This document shows positions 23,979 to 33,985 of a stretch of DNA of 64,000 bases, one piece after another. The number at the start of each line of letters is the position of its first letter. Position 1 is the stretch's first letter. Location: positions 62,001 through 126,000 of the forward strand of contig JAKMXF010000335.1 in NCBI GenBank assembly GCA_024704765.1, given 5' to 3'. Below the pieces are notes generated by a model. That model saw only the letters and a list, made by a program, of their open reading frames with translations. It was not told the origin of the DNA and ran no database searches. A program made the translations under genes and the position numbers. This DNA comes from Oopsacas minuta. Lineage: Eukaryota; Animalia; Porifera.

Positions 23979-26948
23979 CTACGGTTTCGGCTTAACATGC
24001 ACAGGTATCATTAAGCTTCCAGACATGTAGAATGTTAGAGCATCATAATCATAACCTCCTACCCAGAAATCTATGTACCATTCTTGATCTATCAGGAATT
24101 TAATACGAGATAGATTTTCGTTATCACTCGTGTTTTCAATCACCGAAAAGAGTTCCTCATTCGTTTTCAATGGTGCATTCAATGGTATATGATAAAAGCA
24201 TTGGAAAGGTGAATTCTTAAATTGATGACTAATCTCATACGTAACGTTTAAGTATCTAGTACATAGATAAGCAAGCTTATTCTTATCTTCAGGGCCAAGA
24301 TTTATCATCAAAGCTAGGGCAATAAGTTTCGCTGCGGGATAATGCTCTAGGAATGGTATTATTAATTTTGCTAATGGATCTGCTTGATACCTTGGAATGT
24401 CAAGAATTTCCTTAATATCCTTCATAATTGCATCAGATCGCAATTTATAAGTTGTATAGAAATCATCAAGACATTGCCCTGCACCACATTTCGAATTCAT
24501 AAGATTTGTATTTGCAAGTAATCCATTGATTGTATTGAATGTACTATCCCATTGGAGATATCCCCCGCTCTTAGCCGTACGAGAATCAGTTATATCAGAA
24601 TACACACCGAATGTTTTAGAATATTTTGTGCACGCTGAGTCGTAATCAACAACTTCGTTCTTGTCATTGTATATAAGATTAGCTCGTTTAACTTTGAAGC
24701 TTTTTGTTTCGAAACCAACATTTATTGGGTCTATACCCATTTGCCTGGATAATGCCTCATTCAGTTGTTGAAATTTTGTGTTATATTCAACGCCATGTAT
24801 TTTCTGATTATAGAAACAAAAATCGTGTAATTCAGGATTGCCAAAAAATTCTTCTTCTACAGCTTTTTGAACTTCAAGAAAATTGGTTTCACATAGCTGT
24901 GCATCGGTCATATAACAAGGAGGAATTAATTTCGCAGAAGTTATTTTAACTCCCTTATAGTTTTTCTCGGGGATGTAGTCTCTCTTGAATGGATTATTAC
25001 AATTCTTAAGAGTATTTTGGGTGTAAAATTCGTCCGTGAAATTTGGGTCTTCACTGTATTCAAACATGAATTGATGGCCAATAAACCCTCTCGTTTCATA
25101 GGTAGGATCATAATCAGTTGCCATACTATAAATAGCATATCCATCAAACTCAATATTTAGATAAAATTTGTCCTTAACTTCTTTCATAGGTCGCGGAGGC
25201 TTCGGCTTTGTTTTCGGTTTAGGCGGTTGAAGTGGTATTCCATTAGAAAATCCTTCATGGAGAATTTCAATACTTCGAACAACATGATCTAATGTATATT
25301 TCACTCGATTGACAATCGTTTTTCGTGTTTCATTATCAGTGATCCAAATTCCTACACATTTATCGAAGTCATTATAGCATTCCTCTTTAAATTTAGCACT
25401 GTCTATCTGAAGCTTTTCTAAAGCATTTACGACAGCCATAAATTTTTCAAATGGATGAGTAGTTAGATCTTTCGCTGACTTAGGTTGTGGCTTGGTTTGG
25501 AAAGGGAAGCCAGCTGTTTTATCCGGCTCCTCTTCGCTTAGCATAAAATAACTCAAAGTCTCGCCCAGTGGGAAGATCAATATGGACATTATTGGGTAGA
25601 ATCTAATGCTATTATATCTCGCAGTTATTTGATATAATTTATCTTCAGCTTCCGGAATTTTAATTATACTTCCCTCTAGGATCATTAACAGTATTTGATA
25701 TGAATCATTGGTCAAATCGACGAGTCTTTGTGTAATTGGATGATATGCATGGCCCACACCAGGTCTTGGGTGTGATGGACGAGAAACTATAGGCGCGAAA
25801 TTATCGTTTTTACTATCAGTTGATTCATTTAATGTGGAAAAATTCAAAATCATCATCAAAAATCTTGCCCAATGTGATGGTTCAATTGATTCTAATTTTA
25901 GAAATTCATCCTTACTAACTGGGAGATCTAGACCTGTAGATTTTTCAAATTCCGATATGAGAGCAATCAAAAGACCAATATCTGGAAGCAACTGTTCCAA
26001 ATTATCTAATTCGGATAAGATTTTATCGCAAAGTTCTACTATTTTTTGCTGTAGTTCATTATTAACATCTCCAGTTACCTTTTGAGATTTGACCCAATCA
26101 CGAGTTAGTGTAATAACATCTTTGAATAGAATTCCACCCATTTCACCTTCTCCTTGTGTTTCTATTATTCTTATATCATCATGAACTTTCTTAATAGTAG
26201 TATAGCGCTGAGTCATGTTTGTCATATGTTTATTAAGTTCAAATAAAGAATGGCCCAGTTTATGATGTACAACTGTGAATCCTTTATAAATAGCTTCGTA
26301 CAGCTGTGCAATGCTATAGTATTGGAAATGTTTACCCAGATTAGGAGGGATAATTGTCAAAGCGGGATGCTCCGAATGAGGATATGGTTCCTCATTCTTT
26401 GCAAACATGTATAAAGCTTTCAAATTTAGTCGAATTAAATCTGCGTCTTCTTCATCAACGCCTATTTTAGATGGAAATTGTACTTTTTGCAGATTTGGTA
26501 TACCGCCAATAGAAATCAACATATCAATGGCCATGCTCATATGTTGCATTTCTTGGATACAAATAAGCATCAGCTGGGTCTTGTATTCTCGCCTTATTTC
26601 CGAGTTATATGAATTTAAATCTTTGCCGATAGAACTGTTGACCTCGTCAGAATTGTTTATTATGCTGAAACATGCGAAAAGGTACTCAAACATGACCGTC
26701 ATTTCCAATTCTACTGCTATTTGCAATGCCGTTTTTAGTTGTTGCTTAGTTTTGATATTAGTCAAATCCTTTGCTTCTTGGCTTGTCAAAAGAAATCGTA
26801 CGGGACTTTTATTGCTTATTTCGTCAGAAACGCCGGTAACCAAATGAGAATGGCTGTCATTGACCTTGTCAAAAAGCTTTGAAATAAAAAATCCATCTTT
26901 TTCAAGTTTCGCCCTTAACGGTGAGCCTATAAAGTGTATTAGTGTCAT
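23979..26948 (-). CDS. Bacterial-type ferritin-like domain protein (PF12902 / VioB-RebD family domain) fused to an uncharacterised C-terminal domain, intronless, 989 aa
   Basis: LQIAVELEMTVMFEYLFACFSI, IQEMQHM..AIDMLISIGGIP, YSIAQLYEAI, IETQGEG, SHWARF, NDSYQILL, IFPLGETL..TAGFPF. A Pro/Lys linker precedes the second domain. Confidence 0.85.
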   Translation of the reverse strand: MTLIHFIGSPLRAKLEKDGFFISKLFDKVNDSHSHLVTGVSDEISNKSPVRFLLTSQEAKDLTNIKTKQQLKTALQIAVELEMTVMFEYLFACFSIINNSDEVNSSIGKDLNSYNSEIRREYKTQLMLICIQEMQHMSMAIDMLISIGGIPNLQKVQFPSKIGVDEEDADLIRLNLKALYMFAKNEEPYPHSEHPALTIIPPNLGKHFQYYSIAQLYEAIYKGFTVVHHKLGHSLFELNKHMTNMTQRYTTIKKVHDDIRIIETQGEGEMGGILFKDVITLTRDWVKSQKVTGDVNNELQQKIVELCDKILSELDNLEQLLPDIGLLIALISEFEKSTGLDLPVSKDEFLKLESIEPSHWARFLMMILNFSTLNESTDSKNDNFAPIVSRPSHPRPGVGHAYHPITQRLVDLTNDSYQILLMILEGSIIKIPEAEDKLYQITARYNSIRFYPIMSILIFPLGETLSYFMLSEEEPDKTAGFPFQTKPQPKSAKDLTTHPFEKFMAVVNALEKLQIDSAKFKEECYNDFDKCVGIWITDNETRKTIVNRVKYTLDHVVRSIEILHEGFSNGIPLQPPKPKTKPKPPRPMKEVKDKFYLNIEFDGYAIYSMATDYDPTYETRGFIGHQFMFEYSEDPNFTDEFYTQNTLKNCNNPFKRDYIPEKNYKGVKITSAKLIPPCYMTDAQLCETNFLEVQKAVEEEFFGNPELHDFCFYNQKIHGVEYNTKFQQLNEALSRQMGIDPINVGFETKSFKVKRANLIYNDKNEVVDYDSACTKYSKTFGVYSDITDSRTAKSGGYLQWDSTFNTINGLLANTNLMNSKCGAGQCLDDFYTTYKLRSDAIMKDIKEILDIPRYQADPLAKLIIPFLEHYPAAKLIALALMINLGPEDKNKLAYLCTRYLNVTYEISHQFKNSPFQCFYHIPLNAPLKTNEELFSVIENTSDNENLSRIKFLIDQEWYIDFWVGGYDYDALTFYMSGSLMIPVHVKPKP

Positions 26949-27017
26949 GGATATAGTTTCGATTTGTAATAAAGATACGTTGTAGTTTGTATATGGATTC
27001 TCTAATCTAATTGCGAC

Positions 27018-27188
27018 CAGTTACCAACCCCTTGTAACTGTTTCCTTGGATATTTTCCTTGAAATCCCTGAATTTTTAATTCTTTAGGCAAATAATATGA
27101 ATTTTCCCTCTTTTATGAGAAAAAATAGCCCGAAATAACCAATATTTCCCTGAATTTAGCAATTTCCCCCTGAATAGTAGCAAGTATG
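27018..27188. mobile_element. Decayed copy of the 3897-4091 MITE family
   Basis: Shared ttttatgagaaaaaat...aatattt interior; ends in GCAAGTATG. Confidence 0.65.
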
Positions 27189-27628
27189 CAATTATATATT
27201 ATTTTGTAATTTAGCAGTAACATAATTAACGAATGTGAAGTAACAGTTCTCATATTTTCAGGGTTGCCGTGGTTTCCACACATGATTTCTGTGGGAATTC
27301 CCATGAGGTTTTCCCATACAGATTTCGAAAGTTCTGATAAGCAGGGAATTACCTCAATGCTCAACCTCTTCGCACAAATATATTTTCGTTGGATAAAATT
27401 ATATGATAAACATAATCAATCACATAAATACAGCTGTTTACGGTGTGTATTAGTAAATTATAAATTTTACATATTTAATTAAAATATATCAAAAACTCAC
27501 CTAAAAATCCAGCCCCTTCACTTCCAGAGGCTGTTGCCATTCTTTAATTTCCTAGAAAAATATGTGAATAATATTTTAAGAATCCTATGGATATAGTATT
27601 GAGTATTCCTAAAACAATTTGTAGATAG

Positions 27629-27720
27629 TTAAGTTAAGAACTTACTTGATTTCTTTGCAATTTCAATCTATTCAAACGATAATTTTCACTTCCAATTACA
27701 CCCCGATTGATATTAGTGGA
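27629..27720. repeat. 92-bp direct repeat, copy 1
   Basis: Matches 29335-29426 with 3 mismatches. Confidence 0.92.
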
Positions 27721-28317
27721 TAAACTAAAGCAATTATTACTCTGAGCTTCTAAGCTTATTTCCGAATTTATACTCCGTCTCAATTTCCAGCATCTCTTAA
27801 TTAAGGGTCAAACTACGTACATGTTATTGTAATTTAATCCTTTGACTAATTATTTGGGTAATCGACTGAATCGATTGTATTAAGTAATGTAATGCAGTTG
27901 GAGGTAATATTTGTATTTATGTAAATTCTTGAAGGATATATATTCATAATTATATTTATGTATCTATTATATACTGGGTCTTTTCAATATTATGCAAAGC
28001 TGATAAAGAATTTGAATTGTTACATGCAACATGCGGCTGTCTGCTACCATTTTAGCATTACAAATGGTGATGTAGGAAGAGGGTGCACACCAACTTCGGT
28101 TTTTGCGATACTTCATTCGATTGGCCATATGATAATATAAAAATATTACTTAATGACAAATATTAACAAATTACAAATAGTTTCAGTAGGTTACCTAATA
28201 AGGAACAAACAAAGTATCAAAAGACGAATTAGTAATATTAATTAGCTAATTATTCTAAATAGTACATTAATTGAAAGAATATTCAGGATGTAGGAACTAG
28301 GAAGATGCTAACAGTAA

Positions 28318-28970
28318 CTAAGTAAGGTTTTTATCCACTACTATTTTTAATATCAATGTTGCTCCCTCTAATACTGTATAATATTTCACGACATTTTTAC
28401 CACTTTCTTTTACAGCTTTTTCCGCAACTTCTTTAAAAGCCTCTTTCATAGCCTCCTTGGTAGCTTCTTTCCCGGTATACTCAAAAATAAGTTTAATGAC
28501 ATCTTGCCCCACTTCTTCGGTAATAAACTTCAAATTATTGCCTTTCAAGGTCATCGCTAAAAAAATTCTAAGGAGGATATTTTTTACTCCAGGTTTAATT
28601 GCTGCTTCTGCTATTTTTTTAAACTCTCCAGTTGCAATTCCTTTAGCTATTTGTCTGCCATATTCCTTTCCAACTTTCTTTGCCATAATTTTGCCTCCTA
28701 CTTTTGCTGCTTGTTTAACTTCTTCTTTAGCTGTTTGTATGAGAGCATTTTTACCTGTGTAGCTGCCTTTGTACCACTATTTAGAATACCTAATCCTCCT
28801 AAACCGGCAAATACAAAAGCTGTGCCTACTACTGCTGAAGAATAATCCCCATTGTACGCGTTGTATAGAATTTCTCCACCATCCATTAATATTCCAGATC
28901 CTGGAATAAGGATACACACTCCTGTCTTGATGACTGTTTTCGCTACTATTCATTCCCAACTGGAGGTCAT
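28318..28970 (-). pseudogene. Gly/Ala/Lys-rich amphipathic helical protein with a pre-toxin-TG-like N-terminus; disrupted
   Basis: ATG 28970, in-frame TGA at codon 7 (28950-28952), and a 1-nt loss near 28755 joining the 73-aa and 122-aa ORFs (KAAT/GKNALIQTAKEEVKQAAKVGG). Confidence 0.65.
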
Positions 28971-29334
28971 TATAAGAGAGTTTCCAAAATGTACTTATTA
29001 TACTTGAGTGATTAGGCTATGTGTTAAATATTCTCCCTATTATGTCATGTAATATGCTAGAATAGTACAGACCAATACCCGTATCTATAGTTAATTAGTA
29101 GTCTATTAAAGTGTTCCCACTAAGCAATTCCGGCGATTTTTCACCGGAAAATATCAAACTTCAGAAGCTAAATTACCGGAAATTACAGGGCTATAGGAAG
29201 TTTATTACAAGGATTATTTAATTATTACAAGAGTGAAGTTAGCAGCGAGTAATAAGCACAACTTAACACATAATAATTCAGTCAATTTCCCATCAATTCA
29301 CTTGAAATTTGTTGAACGTTTTATTGGTTTATAA

Positions 29335-29426
29335 TTAAGTTAAGAACTTACTTGATTTCTTTGCAATTCCAATCTATTCAAACGATAATTTTCACTTCCA
29401 ATTACGCCCTGATTGATATTAGTGGA
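29335..29426. repeat. 92-bp direct repeat, copy 2
   Basis: Matches 27629-27720. Confidence 0.92.
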
Positions 29427-29780
29427 AAAATACAGCAGGTTACCTTCTCTGTATCAATATAATTACTTTCCTCTTCTACCTTCTCTTCCTTACAATTCAA
29501 CAGGAAGATAAGTGGAGGATGGTCAAATTCACGTCCAAACATTAGATGAAAGGGGCTATAGCTGGTCGCCCCTTTCAAATGGATATTGGCAGAAAGGCAC
29601 GCTGGTTGTAGTTTGCTAGGCCATTCAGTATCAACATCAGGTACAAATTGTGAGATTAACTTACATCCATTACCGTTTTAATTATTCAGTTAGAGTAAAC
29701 ATTGGAAGTAATTTCCGCATATATATCAAAGAAGTCATATAACAGTGGAAAGCAATTCTGACACGCACATGGCCAATACG
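29402..29780 (-). mobile_element. Gypsy/Ginger-type integrase (rve) relic
   Basis: The open frame 29677-29402 reads LISQFVPDVDTEWPSKLQPACLSANIHLKGATSYSPFHLMFGRE, matching the integrase C-terminal W...YN...T..SPF.L.FGR motif. Confidence 0.65.
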
Positions 29781-30576
29781 TACTGTTATTGCAATTTGAT
29801 CTGACTAATTATTTGCATAATTTCCCAGTAAGTGTTAGTAACTATTGAAGAGAAATTTAACTAAGACGCCTTTTGTTCCATTTTTCGTTTGAATGTACAT
29901 TCTAACTAAAAATTTCATTTCACTAATTGCCTAAAAATCCTCACAAATTGGACTGCGATCCAATTTACATTGATTGCTGTGATTTTAAAATGGAATATTA
30001 TATCATTAAACTAGTAGTCATAAAATAGTCCTAATACGGAAATCCCACGCACCACTATGGTTTCTGGGTTGGGGGGGAGCAACCCCCTCCCCAGGTGCGA
30101 TTTCATCTGATTATCCCTAAGCTTGGTGCCTTTGAGGACAGAATTACAATAGAAGTTCGTTTTGTTGCATTCATTAATATATAATTGTATTTGTATTAGC
30201 TATTAGCCATTAGCCATTGCTTATATCATACAACCATGAATTCAACTATTATAGATAGTCTAAAGTGATTTCGTTGACATTTTATTTGTTCTTTTTATTT
30301 TCTGCTTTTAATGATTTTTCCCACCATACGCCTGTTTGGGTGCGATCAGGGTCGGTCTGTCATGTGAACCAGCCAAGCTCAAAATTGATATGATAATCTG
30401 TATCTGTCCATATTCTCCTAATAGCTTACTTCCGTAAATGGGTGTGTACGTACTCACACGATTCACTTTTGGCACCTTTCCTACTGGTGGACAAATATGT
30501 GTTGAGTTTTGGAGGCAAATTATCAACCGGAAGTGTGAATTGATAGTAAATTTTCTTGAATTTATAACTAAATTAG

Positions 30577-31548
30577 ATGGCAGAATTCTTCGGACCTCCT
30601 AATGAGAAACCCTGGGGTATAGTACTAGACAAGAATAACAACAGTGTTGTATGGCCTTCAGAACTTTCTGATGGTGATGACATGAGGCTAGAACTGTCAC
30701 AGGCTACGCTAGGAGCAGGCGCTAAGTCAGGAGAACGTAACATCGTAGAGCTCAAGATTATCTCAGAAGAGAATTTAGAGGAAACACAATCATTCCCGGT
30801 AGTCAGTCTAAGAGAAGGTTTATCTGAGCATACACTACTCAATCTAACTCTAAATCCGCCTGTTAGCTTCAAACTGGTAGCTGGATCAGGGCCTATATCT
30901 ATAATGGGAGTACAGCATAATGTAGGTGGTGATGAGACGAGTGAAAGTGATAGTGATGATGATGATGGAGATCAACTTGTAAAAGCAGAGAGCACTACTT
31001 CTAGTAAGAAACGGAAACGTGAGTCTCCGGTTAGTGAAGCGAAGAAATCAAAAGTTGAGGCTGAAAAGACCACTCCAGTTATTGCTAAGAAGGATAAGAT
31101 CGATACAAAACAGGACGCGAAAGATAAGATTATGAAAATGATGGGCGGTGAGGATTCAGGCGATGATTCTAACGATGAGATGGATGAGTTTACCCCCTCT
31201 GATTCAGATGATGATGACGAAGGGAAAAATGGACTTGATTTGGATGATTACAGTCTCTCAGATGAATCTGTAGAGAAAGTAACTAAACCTAGTCCAGTAA
31301 AGAAGGATAAAACGCAAAAAGCGACAAAACCCAAGCCAGCAGCTAAACAGGTAGACACGAAGCCACAAGCGAAAATCGGTAAAGTAAACCCTGAAGCAAT
31401 GGAAGCGATCAAAGCAAAAATTAGAGCTAATAAATCTCTCCCAAAAACTGAAGATAAATTCAAAAATTATATAAAATCTATGAGAGTTTCCGATGCAGGA
31501 CAGATATCAGAACTTTGGAAATTTGTCCAACAAATTAGAAAGCCCTAG
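30577..31548 (+). CDS. NPM1: Nucleophosmin-like protein (nucleoplasmin core, acidic tracts, NPM1 C-terminal three-helix domain), intronless
   Basis: Core LELSQATLGAGAK.ERNIVE...PPVSFKLVAGSGPISIMGVQ; D/E tracts; NLS KKRKR; C-terminal LPKTEDKFKNYIKSMRVSDAGQISELWKF. Confidence 0.88.
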   Translation: MAEFFGPPNEKPWGIVLDKNNNSVVWPSELSDGDDMRLELSQATLGAGAKSGERNIVELKIISEENLEETQSFPVVSLREGLSEHTLLNLTLNPPVSFKLVAGSGPISIMGVQHNVGGDETSESDSDDDDGDQLVKAESTTSSKKRKRESPVSEAKKSKVEAEKTTPVIAKKDKIDTKQDAKDKIMKMMGGEDSGDDSNDEMDEFTPSDSDDDDEGKNGLDLDDYSLSDESVEKVTKPSPVKKDKTQKATKPKPAAKQVDTKPQAKIGKVNPEAMEAIKAKIRANKSLPKTEDKFKNYIKSMRVSDAGQISELWKFVQQIRKP

Positions 31549-31730
31549 ATTCCCTCTCCATCATTATAGTAGAAATTCTCTCAATTTAGCTTTTGATTAT
31601 AGTTAGCATACTTCGATACGACATTCTATTTCTCTTGTCTTTAGAACTATTTTCTGATCCCTTTTTTGATTGTCTCTTTAAATAATTTCTCATTATTACG
31701 TTTCAATGTTGATCAAGGGTCTGGTATCAT

Positions 31731-31826
31731 CAGGGTTGCCGTGGGAATCCTGAAATTCCATATGAAATCCTATGGGAATACCCATAGGATAACTACGATT
31801 CTCATCCCATTCCCACGGCAACCCTA
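31731..31826. mobile_element. hAT MITE with 8-bp TSD
   Basis: TIR CAGGGTTGCCGTGGGAAT / ATTCCCACGGCAACCCTA; GGTATCAT at 31723-31730 and 31827-31834. A partial copy starts at 27259. Confidence 0.92.
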
Positions 31827-33924
31827 GGTATCATACAGTGGAACCTGTATGTACTGACACTCGTTGCGACATTCTGTCGTAGTTTACAGGTGAATTTGTA
31901 TTGTCGGAAGCTGTTTCAGATCAGAAGCAGTGTCGGATTAAGAAGTCTCCGGATTCTACAGGTGTTGGTTTATGCAGGTTCCACCGTACCTGGAAGATAA
32001 ATTTTGGTCACTGTGTACCTGAAAAGTTACGCAAAGTATCAAGACCTTTTCTTATTTATTTATTTGTGCCCATATGTTTTTATGGGAATATTGGTCCTCG
32101 ATTATTTGACTATCATCTTTTCTGTTTAAGATTTTTTCAAACTGAAAATTCCCTAACATGTCACCTCACAATAATGTTTTACTCTACTATATTTGGAATG
32201 TCACACTTTACATAGCAGTTAAAACCAAGGACTCACTGATTTTTAAATTCATATTGCTCTGAAGTCTATGGATAATACTGCTAGTATTCTTGTTAATAAC
32301 AATTATCCCTAGCCCTTACCATTGGGTAATGCAATAGCAATATAATCCATCATATGTAAGCTGTATATTCCTCTCTATAAATGTGATATTTAAGTGTCAA
32401 ATAGTGAACTGTTCACTAATATGTTATCTCATATAGCTAACGATAGTTATCACCCCAACGTCTCACCACGTAATACTCTAACGGAATTATCTTTAAACTT
32501 TGCCATAGCAAATCATATTCTCATAATAAGTCCTTACTAACAGACAGAACCATTGAAAACTAATCATAACTGAATATATTCACCTTTGCCTTAATTTCTA
32601 TGTAATCAATATTATAATATTGTTATTCTCATTATGATGAAATGTTCAGCTGATAGCCAGAAAAAATCCGTTCCTTCATAGTTATATGTATATACGTTTT
32701 CATAGATTAGTTTTTCTTTGAAGAAGATGAATCCATTAGTGTTCGCCTAATGGCAAGTATTTTCATTATCTCATAGTCCATTTTGTATTGTAAATAATTC
32801 CACTAATAGTAAGTAATTAGCATGGGAAATTCGTTCAAAACACGACTTGCATTATAACGCCAGTGCCTTAGGATTCGTCAAATTATTCCATGTATCATCA
32901 CTCCATGTACGAAGATAGATCAGGTTGCAACTGGACCAACATAATTGTATCTACTACAGACCTCTGTCTTTATGAGCTAATCTACGCATATTATCTCAGT
33001 ATTCTTGTCATGCAATAGGTAACACAACAAATTTGCAAAAATTTCCATTTTGGTAACTGTACAATAACAAACTCATTATACAGAAACCTGAATTGATGAT
33101 AGATCTTCTAATCTATCTTCAATGCAAATATTTGCCTCATATTATTAAAATAACTATGTCATTGATAGTATTACTGCTCGTATCTATGTATATACCAATA
33201 CATAATCGAATCCCCACCCATCTCGCGAGCTAAGAACACTATCTAAGGAATCCCGTGATAATCAATATACAAATAAACTGATAATCTAACTTAATTAAAC
33301 ATACTATGTATTCAGCTCGAGTTGTATTCGTTATCATATTCTCTAGAATTCGCTAACAAATTATTTGCAGATTTTACTGGCAATGTCATTCGTCGATTAT
33401 TGTGAAATACCATCTTCTACGAGAAATAGGGAAGCCACTTTTATCTCCGTGATTGTGTCAGGAATTTTGCCGTTAGAAAACCTTTCAAGCTCAGGACCAG
33501 ATGTTCTCTAATTTCTTTTGGGAGCATTCCTCTTATGATGGGGCTTGTATTTTGTTTATTTTACTAGATTAATTAAGGTTAATGGGAAATTGTGCAGAAA
33601 TTTGTATGTTTTGTAAATGTATTGACATCATTTCATAGACATTAACTGTAATATTTCTAGCAATGGCTACATGACTATATAAGGGCATGAATATATATTT
33701 ACATATATCCCAGAAATTCGTATTCCCATGTTCGTACTGAAGAGGTTCTACCGTATGTCGATTATTCATAAAATTGTAAATAAATGTATTATTAGTTTAC
33801 CCACATTAATGAATTCTATCAAGTTTAATATCGTTTAATTTTCATTGATCATTTCCAGCTGTTGCCTTTTGAGATTTCTACACTCATGTGCAATCTGTAA
33901 GAATAAGTAAGAATTTAGAATACA

Positions 33925-33985
33925 ATTGATATCAGATAGTTGTGTCATTTAAGATAATAGAATGACACAACTATCTCACATCAGT
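33925..33985. other. Compact hairpin (16-bp perfect stem, 11-nt loop)
   Basis: AGATAGTTGTGTCATT (33934-33949) pairs with AATGACACAACTATCT (33961-33976); pairing extends imperfectly outward. Confidence 0.85.

Noticed and set aside
20701-26847. Plus-strand ORFs inside the VIT-vWA and ferritin-like genes, and similar shadows in GLUT, SUSD2-like, NPM1 and 61 kb genes
   Set aside because: Antisense or alternate-frame shadows of long CDSs with no independent motifs.
23979-26948. Bacterial contamination, or a true VioB/RebD ortholog with a violacein pathway
   Set aside because: The gene is flanked by host MITEs and spliced animal genes and has host-like composition. Domain order is reversed relative to VioB, and no vioA/C/D/E-like genes are present.
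28950-28952. In-frame TGA as selenocysteine
   Set aside because: No redox motif, no SECIS recognised, and the gene carries a second lesion.
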